Shown: positions 17,179-28,100 of the stretch, one piece after another
Layout of the letters: each line of letters starts with the position of its first letter
Position numbering within the stretch: the stretch's first letter is position 1
Origin: an uncultured virus (IMG/VR IMGVR_UViG_3300042893_000600)
Taxonomy: Duplodnaviria; Heunggongvirae; Uroviricota; Caudoviricetes
DNA: 64,000 nt
Strand: one strand, 5' to 3'
IMG/VR virus record: IMGVR_UViG_3300042893_000600
Span: 1 to 64,000 of that record
The notes under the pieces: generated by a model
Told to the model about the DNA's origin: nothing
The model's database searches: none
Seen by the model: the letters and a program-made list of their open reading frames with translations, nothing else
Program-made: the position numbers and the translations under genes

Positions 17179-19635
17179 ATGCCATCTTTTGATCTTGCCA
17201 GTGCTGCCACCACTGCTTCTAACACAGTTAATAAAGTTTTATCGGATACAGGTGTTGCTAAAGGTCTTTCAGCTGCCAGTAATAGTATCACCAGTGCTGC
17301 AAATGCTATTAAATCAGGATTAAGCGTCAACATAAGTAACATCACTTCTAGTTTGCCAGGGGTTGCCGAATTAGAAAACGCCATACAACAAGCTAAAAGT
17401 AACATAAACAAGTTAGGTAATCTTACTGAAAACGCTACCAAGGCCCAGACGCAAGTGGCGTTAGAAGCTAAACCGCCGTTTCCTAACATACTTCATCAAT
17501 ATGCCAGTTACAATTATATTTTCACATTAAGTGTATTAGATGATGCCAGTTTAAATTTTCCAAATGAGACTTATCGTAAAGGTCTATTAGGCCCAATAAT
17601 TTTAAAAAGCGGCAACGGCAACCCTTCAGACAGGGTACCTACCGCAAACAAAACAAAATCAAACCCTGACGGCAGTTTTGATTTTTATATTGAAGATGTA
17701 CAGATCAATAGTTCCGTAGGTTTTGATCAAAGTACTGGTAATACCAATGCCACGGGCCTTAAATTTAAATTGATCGAACCTTACAGTATGGGAATGTTTT
17801 TTCAAACATTACAAGTTGCTGCAAAAAATGTGGGTCATGTGAATTATTTGGAAATGCCCCTGTTACTAAGTATGGAATTCAAAGGACATATTGATGCCGA
17901 TTTACAAAACGTACAAATAGATAAAACAACAAAATATTTTCCTATTAAACTTTATAAATTTTCCATGAGAGCCACAGGCAAAGGTGCCGAGTATGACATT
18001 TCTGCATACCCAGTTAACGAAAAAGCCTATAGTAAAGTATATTCTGAATTAAAAACAGATGTGTCGATAACAGGAAAAAATGTGGGAGAAATGTTACAAA
18101 CTGGAGAGAAAAGTTTACAAGCAGTTTTGAATACACGTTTAAATGAAGCAGTCAAACGTAAAGATGTTGTTGTGGCTGATCAAATATTAATTAGTTTTCC
18201 TAAAGATTTAAAAACAGGTGATGCTAATCCTCCCAGTAATGATTCTACTTCTAGTGCTGGTGCAACCATAAACCCTAATAGTTCATCTGGTGGGGACATG
18301 AACTTGTTTAAAAAACTAGGAGTCACCACCAGCAGCATTAACAAAACACAAGTACAAGATGAATCTGAAATGAATGATGTTGGTAAAAGTACAATGGGAT
18401 TCAACTTGTATAATAAAGGTGCTACTCCGTTTGCTAAAGATAATCTTGCCTACGATGAAAAATCTGGAACTTACAAGCGTGGCGCTATTTCTATCAATCC
18501 TGAATCTAGTGAATTTAAATTTACCCAAGGCAGCGATGTTGTTAACGCTATCAATCAAGTGATCTTGATGAGCGAATACGGAAGAACCGCTCTAAGTCAA
18601 ATAACTCCTGAAGGTACAGTACAGTGGTGGAGAGTTGAAACACACTTGTACTATATTCCTTCAGATGAAAATATTAAAAAAACAGGGGTTAAGCCTAAAT
18701 TAATTGTTTATAGAATTGTTCCTTACGATGCTTCTGCCAGCGCATTTTTACCTCCGAACACTCCAAACCCTGGAACAGAAAAAGCCAAAGAACAAGTTAT
18801 TAAAGAATACAATTATATCTATACAGGCAAAAATTTAGATGTAATGGATTTTGATATAGAATTTAATGCCAGCTTTTTTACACAGATGAGCGCCGACGCC
18901 GGCAAGAATAGCGGAGATAAAGAGCAAAAAGCAAATGCTGGCTCTGGAGTAGAAGGCGATCCAGATAATAAAACACCAGACGGTGAAAAACCTAAAGAAG
19001 GACAAATTCCCACTACTGTATTAAAAGACGGAATTATGACCATGACTGGCGGCAAAGGAGGTGGCGGCCTTGACGATAATGCCAGTATTGCCGCTAGACA
19101 ATTCCACGACAGCATTACTAGCAATACTAGCATGATCAATTTGAATTTAACAATTCTAGGAGATCCTTATTTCCTAGGAGACAGTGGTATGGGCAACTAT
19201 AGCGCAGTGGCTACAGATAATAAATTTATCAATGCTGACGGAGCAATGAATTATCAAAGCGGCAGAGTATTAATTACTGTTAATTTTAGAACTCCAATTG
19301 ATATTAACCTAGAAGATGGTGTGTATGATTTTAGTACAACCGCTGGAGTTCCACAGTTTAGTGGACTTTATCTTGTCACGCTTGTTACGTCTAATTTTAG
19401 GAGAGGTAAATTTACACAAACTTTAAAATTAAGTAGATTACCAGGTCAAGAAGTTAAGAGCACTAAGCCTCCACAGACAGCTTCAGCGCCTACAGAAAAT
19501 GAATATGCTGCAGAAGACGATGAAGCTACTCAGGCAAGAATAACAGAGTGGGCTGCAGAAGGACCACAAACAGCTCCACTGACAGATGATCAAATATCAG
19601 CTAACAACGCAGCCCTAGGCGATTTCGCAGGATAA
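17179..19635 (+). CDS. Baseplate hub protein (gp27/GpD-like)
   Basis: Lies between gp53 and the spike gene. C-terminal LTILGDP...FSGLYLVTLVTSNF..GKFTQTLKL typical of hub proteins. Confidence 0.65.
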   Translation: MPSFDLASAATTASNTVNKVLSDTGVAKGLSAASNSITSAANAIKSGLSVNISNITSSLPGVAELENAIQQAKSNINKLGNLTENATKAQTQVALEAKPPFPNILHQYASYNYIFTLSVLDDASLNFPNETYRKGLLGPIILKSGNGNPSDRVPTANKTKSNPDGSFDFYIEDVQINSSVGFDQSTGNTNATGLKFKLIEPYSMGMFFQTLQVAAKNVGHVNYLEMPLLLSMEFKGHIDADLQNVQIDKTTKYFPIKLYKFSMRATGKGAEYDISAYPVNEKAYSKVYSELKTDVSITGKNVGEMLQTGEKSLQAVLNTRLNEAVKRKDVVVADQILISFPKDLKTGDANPPSNDSTSSAGATINPNSSSGGDMNLFKKLGVTTSSINKTQVQDESEMNDVGKSTMGFNLYNKGATPFAKDNLAYDEKSGTYKRGAISINPESSEFKFTQGSDVVNAINQVILMSEYGRTALSQITPEGTVQWWRVETHLYYIPSDENIKKTGVKPKLIVYRIVPYDASASAFLPPNTPNPGTEKAKEQVIKEYNYIYTGKNLDVMDFDIEFNASFFTQMSADAGKNSGDKEQKANAGSGVEGDPDNKTPDGEKPKEGQIPTTVLKDGIMTMTGGKGGGGLDDNASIAARQFHDSITSNTSMINLNLTILGDPYFLGDSGMGNYSAVATDNKFINADGAMNYQSGRVLITVNFRTPIDINLEDGVYDFSTTAGVPQFSGLYLVTLVTSNFRRGKFTQTLKLSRLPGQEVKSTKPPQTASAPTENEYAAEDDEATQARITEWAAEGPQTAPLTDDQISANNAALGDFAG

Positions 19636-19638
19636 CAA

Positions 19639-21207
19639 ATGGCAGAAGATACACGACAACCCACAGGCAGTGCTGAACAAAAGCCGGGCCCATTCTTAGC
19701 AAAAGTTATCAGTCACTTGGATCCTACCTACATGGGTACGCTACAGGTACAGCTATTAAGAGAAGTAGGTAATGACGAAGCTAAAGAAGGCCAGCTACAC
19801 CAAGTAAAATATCTAACACCGTTTGGCGGACAAACTAATGTAGAGTTTATCACGGAAGAAGATGACTATAATGCCACGCAAAAAAGTTACGGCATGTGGT
19901 TCATTCCTCCTGATGTTGGTACTATTGTCATGGTTATCTTTATTGATGGTGATCCACGTAAAGGTTATTGGATAGGATGTGTACCTGATGAAAATATGAA
20001 TTTTCAAGTTCCTGGACATGCTGCCACAAAATATAATATAGACGGTACATATGAACGTGTGCCCGTTGCTGAATATAATAAAAAAGCAAGAGAAGCAGCC
20101 ACAGATCCTACTAAAATTCTTAAACCTGCCAGCCCACTGCAGGATATCTTAGACGAACAAGGCCTGATAGAAGACGATATTAGGGGTATCACAACCAGCA
20201 GTGCCAGGAGAGAGATACCCAGTATGGTATTTGGCATCAGCACTCCTGGCCCAATTGATAAACGAAGCGGCGCTCCTAAAGGCAAGTTTGGTAAAGACGA
20301 GCACAAGATTGCCGCCGGATTTATCAGCAGACTGGGCGGCAGCAGTGTGGTTATGGATGATGGAGATGATAAATTCCTTCGTCGTACTACTGCTAGTGAC
20401 GGTCCTCCTGACTATGCCGCCGTTGAACAAGACGAAGATGATGGGCTTCCAGAAATTCCACACAATGAATTAATACGATTTAGAACTAGAACTGGCCATC
20501 AAATTTTGATGCACAACAGCGAAGACTTAATTTACATAGGTAACGCCCGCGGCACAACCTGGATAGAAATGTCTAGCGATGGTAAAATTGATATTTTTGC
20601 CGAAGACAGTATAAGCATACGTACTAAACAAGATTTTAATTTTTACGCTGATAGAGATTTTAACATAGAAGTTGGTAGAAATTTTAATTTAAAAGTAGGC
20701 GCCCGCCATCAAACAGAAATTGGCACAGACAAAATTCTAATTGTTGATTCTAACAATTTTATACAAGTTGGCGGCACACACGATGAAACCGTTGCGGATC
20801 AAACCAATATCACAGTTGGTGGCGGATTTGACCTTAACACCAGCGGCGCAAACAAATTAACATCTGGCGGAAATATGGAAATTGCCGCTGCCAACACTAC
20901 AATTTCCGGTGGCAATATTAATCTAAACGGCCCAGCTGCAGCTAGTGCAGTCGCTGCTACAGCCCCTGAACCATTGACTACTTTTGCTAATCCAGACGAA
21001 ACTGAAAGTACAACAGACAGTATTATGTTACGTATTCCAAGCCACGAACCTTGGCCACATCACGAAAATTTAGATCCTGCTAGTTTTAAACCTGACTTGA
21101 CTGATAGGGAAGCAGGCAGTGATATTCCTGTACCGGAGTATTGGAAAAAATATTCTACAATAACCGACACATTCTCCAAGGAAATGCCACCCGAGAACGA
21201 GGAGTAA
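19639..21207 (+). CDS. gp5: Baseplate central spike, gp5/VgrG-like (no lysozyme domain evident)
   Basis: OB-fold region DPTYMGTLQV, SYGMWFIPPDVGT.V.V.F..GD, RTRTGHQI, and C-terminal beta-helix repeats. Confidence 0.85.
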   Translation: MAEDTRQPTGSAEQKPGPFLAKVISHLDPTYMGTLQVQLLREVGNDEAKEGQLHQVKYLTPFGGQTNVEFITEEDDYNATQKSYGMWFIPPDVGTIVMVIFIDGDPRKGYWIGCVPDENMNFQVPGHAATKYNIDGTYERVPVAEYNKKAREAATDPTKILKPASPLQDILDEQGLIEDDIRGITTSSARREIPSMVFGISTPGPIDKRSGAPKGKFGKDEHKIAAGFISRLGGSSVVMDDGDDKFLRRTTASDGPPDYAAVEQDEDDGLPEIPHNELIRFRTRTGHQILMHNSEDLIYIGNARGTTWIEMSSDGKIDIFAEDSISIRTKQDFNFYADRDFNIEVGRNFNLKVGARHQTEIGTDKILIVDSNNFIQVGGTHDETVADQTNITVGGGFDLNTSGANKLTSGGNMEIAAANTTISGGNINLNGPAAASAVAATAPEPLTTFANPDETESTTDSIMLRIPSHEPWPHHENLDPASFKPDLTDREAGSDIPVPEYWKKYSTITDTFSKEMPPENEE

Positions 21208-21215
21208 ATACTACT

Positions 21216-21659
21216 ATGACAGCCAATCAGAAATTATTTAACAAGGTAGTACTAAAAGGCCCTGCCGGCAGAGCAACTGTGCCTGGATCTAAAACCTACA
21301 AAGGTTTTAGCAGTGTCAGCGGCGACAGCAAGAGCTATAGCCTGTATGATCTAGCCTTAATTAAACAAGATATTATCAATCACTTTCATATTCGTCAAGG
21401 CGAACGGTTAGAAAATCCTACGTTCGGCACTATCATATGGGATGTATTATTTGAACCGTTGACGGAAGATCTAAAACAACTTATTGTAAAAAACGTTGAA
21501 CAGATTATCAATTACGATCCTCGGGTCAATGCCAACAATGTAATTGTTACAACCTACGAAAGCGGCCTACAAATAGAATGTACGCTGACTTATCTTCCTT
21601 ATAACATACAAGAATCTCTCCAATTTAAATTTGACCAAGCAAATGGTCTAATCGGCTAA
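21216..21659 (+). CDS. gp25: Baseplate wedge/sheath initiator gp25-like
   Basis: IKQDIINHF.IRQGER..NPTFGT.IWD.LFEP, YDPRV. Start reassigned to ATG 21216. Confidence 0.9.
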   Translation: MTANQKLFNKVVLKGPAGRATVPGSKTYKGFSSVSGDSKSYSLYDLALIKQDIINHFHIRQGERLENPTFGTIIWDVLFEPLTEDLKQLIVKNVEQIINYDPRVNANNVIVTTYESGLQIECTLTYLPYNIQESLQFKFDQANGLIG

Positions 21660-21710
21660 TTAAAATAGCATATAATAAAACCGATAAATATCTGTATATG
21701 GGAAGCAGAT

Positions 21711-24700
21711 ATGTCAGCAACAGATAGACAAAATAGATTACTAGTAGCAGAAGACTGGAAACGTATATACCAGAGCTTCCGTAATGCCGATTTCCAAAGC
21801 TACGACTTTGAAAATCTACGCCGCGTGATGATTAGTTATATCCGCGAGAATTATCCAGAAGATTTCAACGACTATATTGAATCAAGCGAATACCTTGCCC
21901 TAATCGACATGATTGCGTTCTTGGGCCAAAGCATAGCTTTCCGTGTTGATTTAAATGCCCGTGAAAACTTCCTAGAGCTAGCAGAACGACGCGAAAGTGT
22001 GTTGCGTCTAGCACGTTTATTAAGTTATAAAACAAAACGTAATATTGCTGCATCGGGCTTGTTGAAATTTAATACTGTAAGTACTACTCAGTCAGTGTAT
22101 GACAGCAACGGCAGAAATCTAGCCAATCAGGTTGTTGCGTGGAATGATCCAGCTAACACCAATTGGTACGACCAGTTTATTAAAGTTATCAATGCGGCCT
22201 TGCCGGCAACTAGACAGTATGGAAATCCAGACGCAAAACAAGAAATTTATGGTATTCCCACTGAACAATATAGATTTCAAACAGTGAGCACTTCTATACC
22301 GGTATACTCTTTTAACAAACCAGTAGATGGCCGCAGTATGAATTTTGAAATTGTAAGTACAACGTTTGCTGGTAAAACTGAAATATATGAAGAACCTCCT
22401 AGCATAGGAAACAGTTTGTCATTCTTGTACAGAGACAGCGGCCGCGGCAACGGCAGTAGCAATACAGGATTCTTTTTAAGATTTACTCAAGGTACATTGA
22501 ATCAAGGCAGCTTTACACTGAGCCAGCCAGCCACAGACGAATCAGTTGACCTAGACGCAGTTAACATTAACAACAGTGATGTGTGGTTATATAGACTAGA
22601 TAACAACGGAACGGAAAGTGAGTATTGGGCACAAGTCCCTAGTTTCGAAGGCAATAATGTTATCTATAATAGTCTTAACAAAAGCATCCGAAACATATAT
22701 GGTGTAGTAACTAGAGCCAGTGACAGAGTTAGTTTAGTGTTCAGTGACGGTGTGTTTGGTAATTTACCACAAGGCACATTTAGAACATACTACAGAACCA
22801 GCAACGGACTAAACTATACTGTTAATCCTAAAGATATTAAGAATGTTAGCATAGATATTCCTTATATTAGTCAAGTTGGCCAAGTTGAAACATTGAGTGT
22901 GACATTAAGTTTACAATCAAGCGTGTCTAATAGTGGCCCAACCGAAACTAACGACAGTATTAAGACTAATGCTCCTGCCACGTACTATACACAAAATAGA
23001 ATGATTACAGGAGAAGATTACAATATTAGTCCTCTAAGTGTTAATCAGCAAGTTGTAAAAGTAAAAGCAGTTAACCGCAGTTCAAGCGGTATCAGTCGAT
23101 ATTTTGACCTAGTAGACCCAACAGGCAAGTACAGCAAAACTAACTTGTTTGCGGATGACGGTTTAATATATAAACAAGAATTCTCTGACAGTTTTAGATT
23201 TAAGTACGCCACTAGAACAGACATAGAGGCAATTCTTTATAATGAATTGTCAGACGTTTTAAAATCATCTAATCTTAAAAATTTTTACTACGATAATTTT
23301 GAAAAAATTCCTGTAAATTTATTAGAAGTTAAATGGTACAACAGAACATTGGATGTTAATCAGAGTACTGGCTACATTGAAGATACTGTATCGGGTACAA
23401 AGCAAAAAGTTTCTTCTTATACTGGTACCCTGTTACGATTTTTTACAGTGGGTGCCTTGATAAAATTTACAGCGCCCGCCGGTTATTACTTTGATAAAAC
23501 AAAAAACAATGAGTTGGTGCCTGGCTCTGCCACAGTATTGAATTCTGCTACATTCATTTGGACAAAAGCAGTATCAATAGCGGGAGATGGAACAGCCAAT
23601 GGTACTGGACTGTTGTTTGATAAATCAGGACCTATTGTGTTAAATGATATAGTTCCAAATACTGCAGTATTATCTGAAATCATTCCTGCTTGGAGAACCA
23701 GCATAGAATCCAGTACTATAACTGCCATGGTAGATTTGGTGTTTGGAAATAAAAAATTCGGTCTTCGATATGATATTGAAACAAGATTATGGAAAATTAT
23801 TACAGAGACAAATCTTAACACTAGCGAAGTCTTTAGCCTTGGTAGGCAAGGCGACGCCACTAATTCTAAAACGGACAGTAGTTGGCTAGTGCTATTCACG
23901 ACAGATACAGAATACTATACAGTGACTAGTAGATTAACACGTTACATATTTGAAAGTGCCCAACAGGTAAGATTCTTCTTTGATTCTAGCGATAAAATTT
24001 ATGATACTCGTAATAATACTGTTGTTAAAGATGTAATCAAAGTTTTAAATATTAATACCAACCCGTTGTCTCCAGGCGGCACAACTCCATTTACCTATGA
24101 TAGAGATTGGGAAATTACTGAAGAGTTTCGAGGTCTAGATGGTTATGTTGATACTAAAAAAATTCAAGTCACATTCAATGACAGCGACGATGATGGCGTA
24201 GTTGATGATCCTACATTATTTGATCAATTAGTAATACCTAACACATATATTGTATTAGAAAAATATGTTGTAGCACAAGGTCAAGAAGATTATCGTTATA
24301 TTTCTAATGATAGTGACATTGTTGTTGTTGTTAACACACAAAATGATATAGTAATTTCTCAATACCAAGATGGCCAATATTTTTATATTGTAGATATTGA
24401 CACTGTTAAAATATATGATAAAATTGCTTCTAATTTTATTCCCACTCTTGACTATAAAGTGTTTGTGGGTAGAGACAAAATTAAATTTCAATATATACAT
24501 AACGCTGATTACGAGTCACGAATTGATCCAGGATTAACTAATCTTATTGACGTATTTGTACTAACCAAGCAATATGACATTGCTTATCGACAATGGTTGT
24601 CTGGCGCAGGAACTACTGAACCGTTACCTCCTAGCAGCGATTTCTTGTACAATTTATTAAGTCCTGAACTTAATAAAATTAAATCTATCAGCGATGAAAT

Positions 24701-25151
24701 TGTATATCACCCTTCAAAGTACAAGGTTCTTTTTGGATCTAAAGCTACCACAGATTTACAGGCAACATTTAAAGTTGTAAAAAATTCTGAAATAGTAATC
24801 AGTGATAATGATATTAAAACTAGAGTGCTAGTGGCAATATTAGAATTCTTTGCTTTAGAAAATTGGGAATTTGGAGATAATTTCTATTTTAGTGAATTAT
24901 CAACCTACGTCATGAATAAAGTGTCTCCTTATATTGTAAATTTTGTTATAGTGCCTAAACAAAGTACTTTAAGTTTTGGCGGGTTGTACGAAATCCGTAG
25001 CGAAAAAGATCAAATTTTTATCAACGGCGCCGGCATAGATGACATAGAAATTATTTCTACAATAACCGCAAGCAACATCAAGAGTGCCGTAATTCAAGCG
25101 AATCAAACAGCAGTGAGTCAGCAAACAATAACAAGTTTAGGGAGTAACTGA
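21711..25151 (+). CDS. gp6: Baseplate wedge protein gp6-like
   Basis: DFENLR, FND..ESS, ENFLELA.RRESVLRLA..L.Y, FSDGVFG.LP, TQNRMITGEDY. Follows gp25. Confidence 0.88.
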   Translation: MSATDRQNRLLVAEDWKRIYQSFRNADFQSYDFENLRRVMISYIRENYPEDFNDYIESSEYLALIDMIAFLGQSIAFRVDLNARENFLELAERRESVLRLARLLSYKTKRNIAASGLLKFNTVSTTQSVYDSNGRNLANQVVAWNDPANTNWYDQFIKVINAALPATRQYGNPDAKQEIYGIPTEQYRFQTVSTSIPVYSFNKPVDGRSMNFEIVSTTFAGKTEIYEEPPSIGNSLSFLYRDSGRGNGSSNTGFFLRFTQGTLNQGSFTLSQPATDESVDLDAVNINNSDVWLYRLDNNGTESEYWAQVPSFEGNNVIYNSLNKSIRNIYGVVTRASDRVSLVFSDGVFGNLPQGTFRTYYRTSNGLNYTVNPKDIKNVSIDIPYISQVGQVETLSVTLSLQSSVSNSGPTETNDSIKTNAPATYYTQNRMITGEDYNISPLSVNQQVVKVKAVNRSSSGISRYFDLVDPTGKYSKTNLFADDGLIYKQEFSDSFRFKYATRTDIEAILYNELSDVLKSSNLKNFYYDNFEKIPVNLLEVKWYNRTLDVNQSTGYIEDTVSGTKQKVSSYTGTLLRFFTVGALIKFTAPAGYYFDKTKNNELVPGSATVLNSATFIWTKAVSIAGDGTANGTGLLFDKSGPIVLNDIVPNTAVLSEIIPAWRTSIESSTITAMVDLVFGNKKFGLRYDIETRLWKIITETNLNTSEVFSLGRQGDATNSKTDSSWLVLFTTDTEYYTVTSRLTRYIFESAQQVRFFFDSSDKIYDTRNNTVVKDVIKVLNINTNPLSPGGTTPFTYDRDWEITEEFRGLDGYVDTKKIQVTFNDSDDDGVVDDPTLFDQLVIPNTYIVLEKYVVAQGQEDYRYISNDSDIVVVVNTQNDIVISQYQDGQYFYIVDIDTVKIYDKIASNFIPTLDYKVFVGRDKIKFQYIHNADYESRIDPGLTNLIDVFVLTKQYDIAYRQWLSGAGTTEPLPPSSDFLYNLLSPELNKIKSISDEIVYHPSKYKVLFGSKATTDLQATFKVVKNSEIVISDNDIKTRVLVAILEFFALENWEFGDNFYFSELSTYVMNKVSPYIVNFVIVPKQSTLSFGGLYEIRSEKDQIFINGAGIDDIEIISTITASNIKSAVIQANQTAVSQQTITSLGSN

Positions 25152-28100
25152 TGGCCTATAGCAACGATCAAAACGAGCCAAAGGTACCTATTTCAAATGT
25201 AGAAAAGCGTTCGAGCGCTGACTTATTACCGAGGTTTTATAGAACACCCGGTAACAAGAAGTTTTTACAAGCAACAGTAGATCAGCTAATTCAACCTGGA
25301 ACAGTTAAAAAACTTAACGGTTACGTTGGAAGACAAACTGCCAAGGCTGTTGTTAGTTCAGATACATTTCTCGAAGCTGCTGATCAAACTAGACAAAATT
25401 ATCAACTAGAACCTGCTGCAGTCATTCAAGACTATCTTGGAAATACTACATTTTTTAAAGATTACATTGATCATATTAACCATATCAGTGTGTTTGATGG
25501 TGTCGTTGACAATCATAGTAGATTGAATCGTGAAGAATTTTATAGCTGGAATCCAAATATCTGCTGGGACAAATTTGTAAATTACCAACAGTATTACTGG
25601 CTTCCTTTTGGTCCTCGTCCTATTGAAGTGTTGGGTAATGAATTAGAAATTATCAGTACGTACTCTGTTACCGGAGTTGACGAGACTGATAATGTTGCGT
25701 ATTTGTTTAATCCCGAAGGCCCGTTAGAGGGGTTGATTAGAAATCCTAAGATACGACTATTTAGAGGTCAAACTTATATTTTTGATATTAACGTTGTTGG
25801 ACATCCGTTTAGTATTAAAACTCAGCGCACTGCAGGCGACCTTTATAGATATACAAAAGGAGTCGATGCCTATGCTGTTGAAAACGGTAAAATTACCTTT
25901 ACCGTTCCAGTGGATGCACCTGATGTATTATTTTATGTAAGTGAAAACGCAGTTGATACCGGCGGCGTATTTCACGTATTGGACATTACTGAAAATACTG
26001 CAATTAATCTAACAACTGATTTTGTTGGAAAAAAGGAATACGTTATTCCTAACGGTACCGCAGAAGGTTTGCGAATCAGTAACGGAATGAAATTAAGTTT
26101 TGGAGGACAAGTGACTCCAGAAGAATATGCCAACGATTTTTGGTATGTAGAAGGCGTTGGAACAGCCATACGATTAGTTAGGGATAAAGATCTAGAAGTT
26201 AGAACATCATTTAATGAAGAAACTAGTATCCTTTTTGATGACAATCCATTCGATCAGTTGCCATTTGGCGACGCTAGTACATTACCTAGCACTAAAGATT
26301 ATATAACAATCAATAGATCGAGCTCTGACAAAAACCCCTGGAGTAGATATAATAGATGGTTCCATCAAGATGTTATTATTGCTAGTGCTGCTGCCAATAA
26401 TGTTCAATCAGGTTTGGATCAAACACAAAGGGCAATTCGTCCTATTATTGAATTTAATGCAGGCATTAAATTACACAATCATGGTCTTAGCTCTAAACAA
26501 AATATTGATGTAATTGATAATTTTACAAAGGATGTTTTTAGTACCATCGAAGGTAGTTTAGGTTATAATGTAGATGGAATTGATCTTGCTGACGCTATGC
26601 GAGTGATTTTCACAAAAGATACAGATATACTTGTTAGAAACAAAATATACCGAGTAAACTTTATCGATGTAGTTGTCCCTAGTCGACAATTATCTTTTAA
26701 CGGAACTACATCGGTTAATATTACTAATAATACTTTTACCTTTGCTAGCGAACACGGCTTGTCGTCTAGTAACCGTGTCACTTACTTAAACAATGGCTTT
26801 GATACATTACCAGGATTAACAAACAGACAAGTTTATTATGTGAAAGTTATAGATTCATTCACCATTGAATTACACACAAATACTGCGTTAACAAAACAGG
26901 TAGACATATTTTCAGCAGTCGATGCTGTTTATAAATTTGAAGTCTTTTCAGGAAGTCGTAGGCAAATAACATTAACAGAAGAATCGGACGCTGTTGCCAT
27001 ACTATACGAATCTGTAACAATAAATTATGGTACTCAAGAAACACTCACATCTAGTATCAATGGCAATCAAGGTCAGACCTATTGGTTTACAGGCACTACT
27101 TGGAAACTAGCTCAAATAAAAACAAAGGTAAACCAAGCTCCGTTGTTTGATTTATTTGATAAAAATCAAATTAGTTTCACTGACACCTCAGTTTATGACG
27201 GCTCTACTTTTGAAGGTAACAAGATTTTTAGTTATAAAGTAGGAACAGGTACAGTTGATAGTGAGTTGAACTTTCCGTTAACATATCAGAATATTAATAA
27301 TATCGGTGATATTGTTTTTGAATTTAATCTATTAACAGACAAATTTGCCTATAAAGAAATAACCAATGTACTATACAAAGATACTGCAACCGGCTATTTA
27401 AAAATATCAAAAGATATCAACAGGGCAGCTTACGAAAACGGATGGACTACAAGTTTAATTGAAGATTCACAGCCTGTGGTCAGAGTGTTTAAGGATCATA
27501 TATATAACGGAACAACTATCCCTTTTCCGATTGATGTTTTTGATAATAAAAACGATCTAACAGATTTAGAAGTTCGAGTTTATATTAATGGAAATCGATT
27601 AGCAAAAGATCAATACACTGTCACTACTAGTGTAGTTAGGAAACAAGTAGAGTTGACTACAGCAGTGACAACTACAGATGTTGTAACACTACGTTGCTTT
27701 GCTAAACAAGCAAAAAATTCTAATGGTTATTATGAACTTCCAATTAGTTTACAGAACAATCCGTTAAATCACAATGTAGAACAGTTTACTCTAGGTCAAG
27801 TAATAGATCATGTAGGATCTATTGTTGACAATATTACAACATTTACTGGCACTTATCCAGGTTACGGTAATCTTAGAGATATCGGCAATTTGAGTCCTTA
27901 CGGCGTCCGCTTTGTACAGCATAGCGGACCGATGAATCTTAGTTTATATCATATTGGATCTAAAAGTTCTAACGTAGTAAAAGCCATAGACATGGCAAGG
28001 AATGACTACGGCAAATTTAAACGAGCATTCATAGTTGCTGCAACCGAAAGCGGAATAGATACAGATCCACGCCGACATGTCGATTTTGTTTTACAGATGA

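Noticed and set aside
21141..21215. ORF-track N-terminal extension of gp25 (TTG start)
   Set aside because: It overlaps the spike gene. ATG 21216 after the TAAATA box is more plausible.
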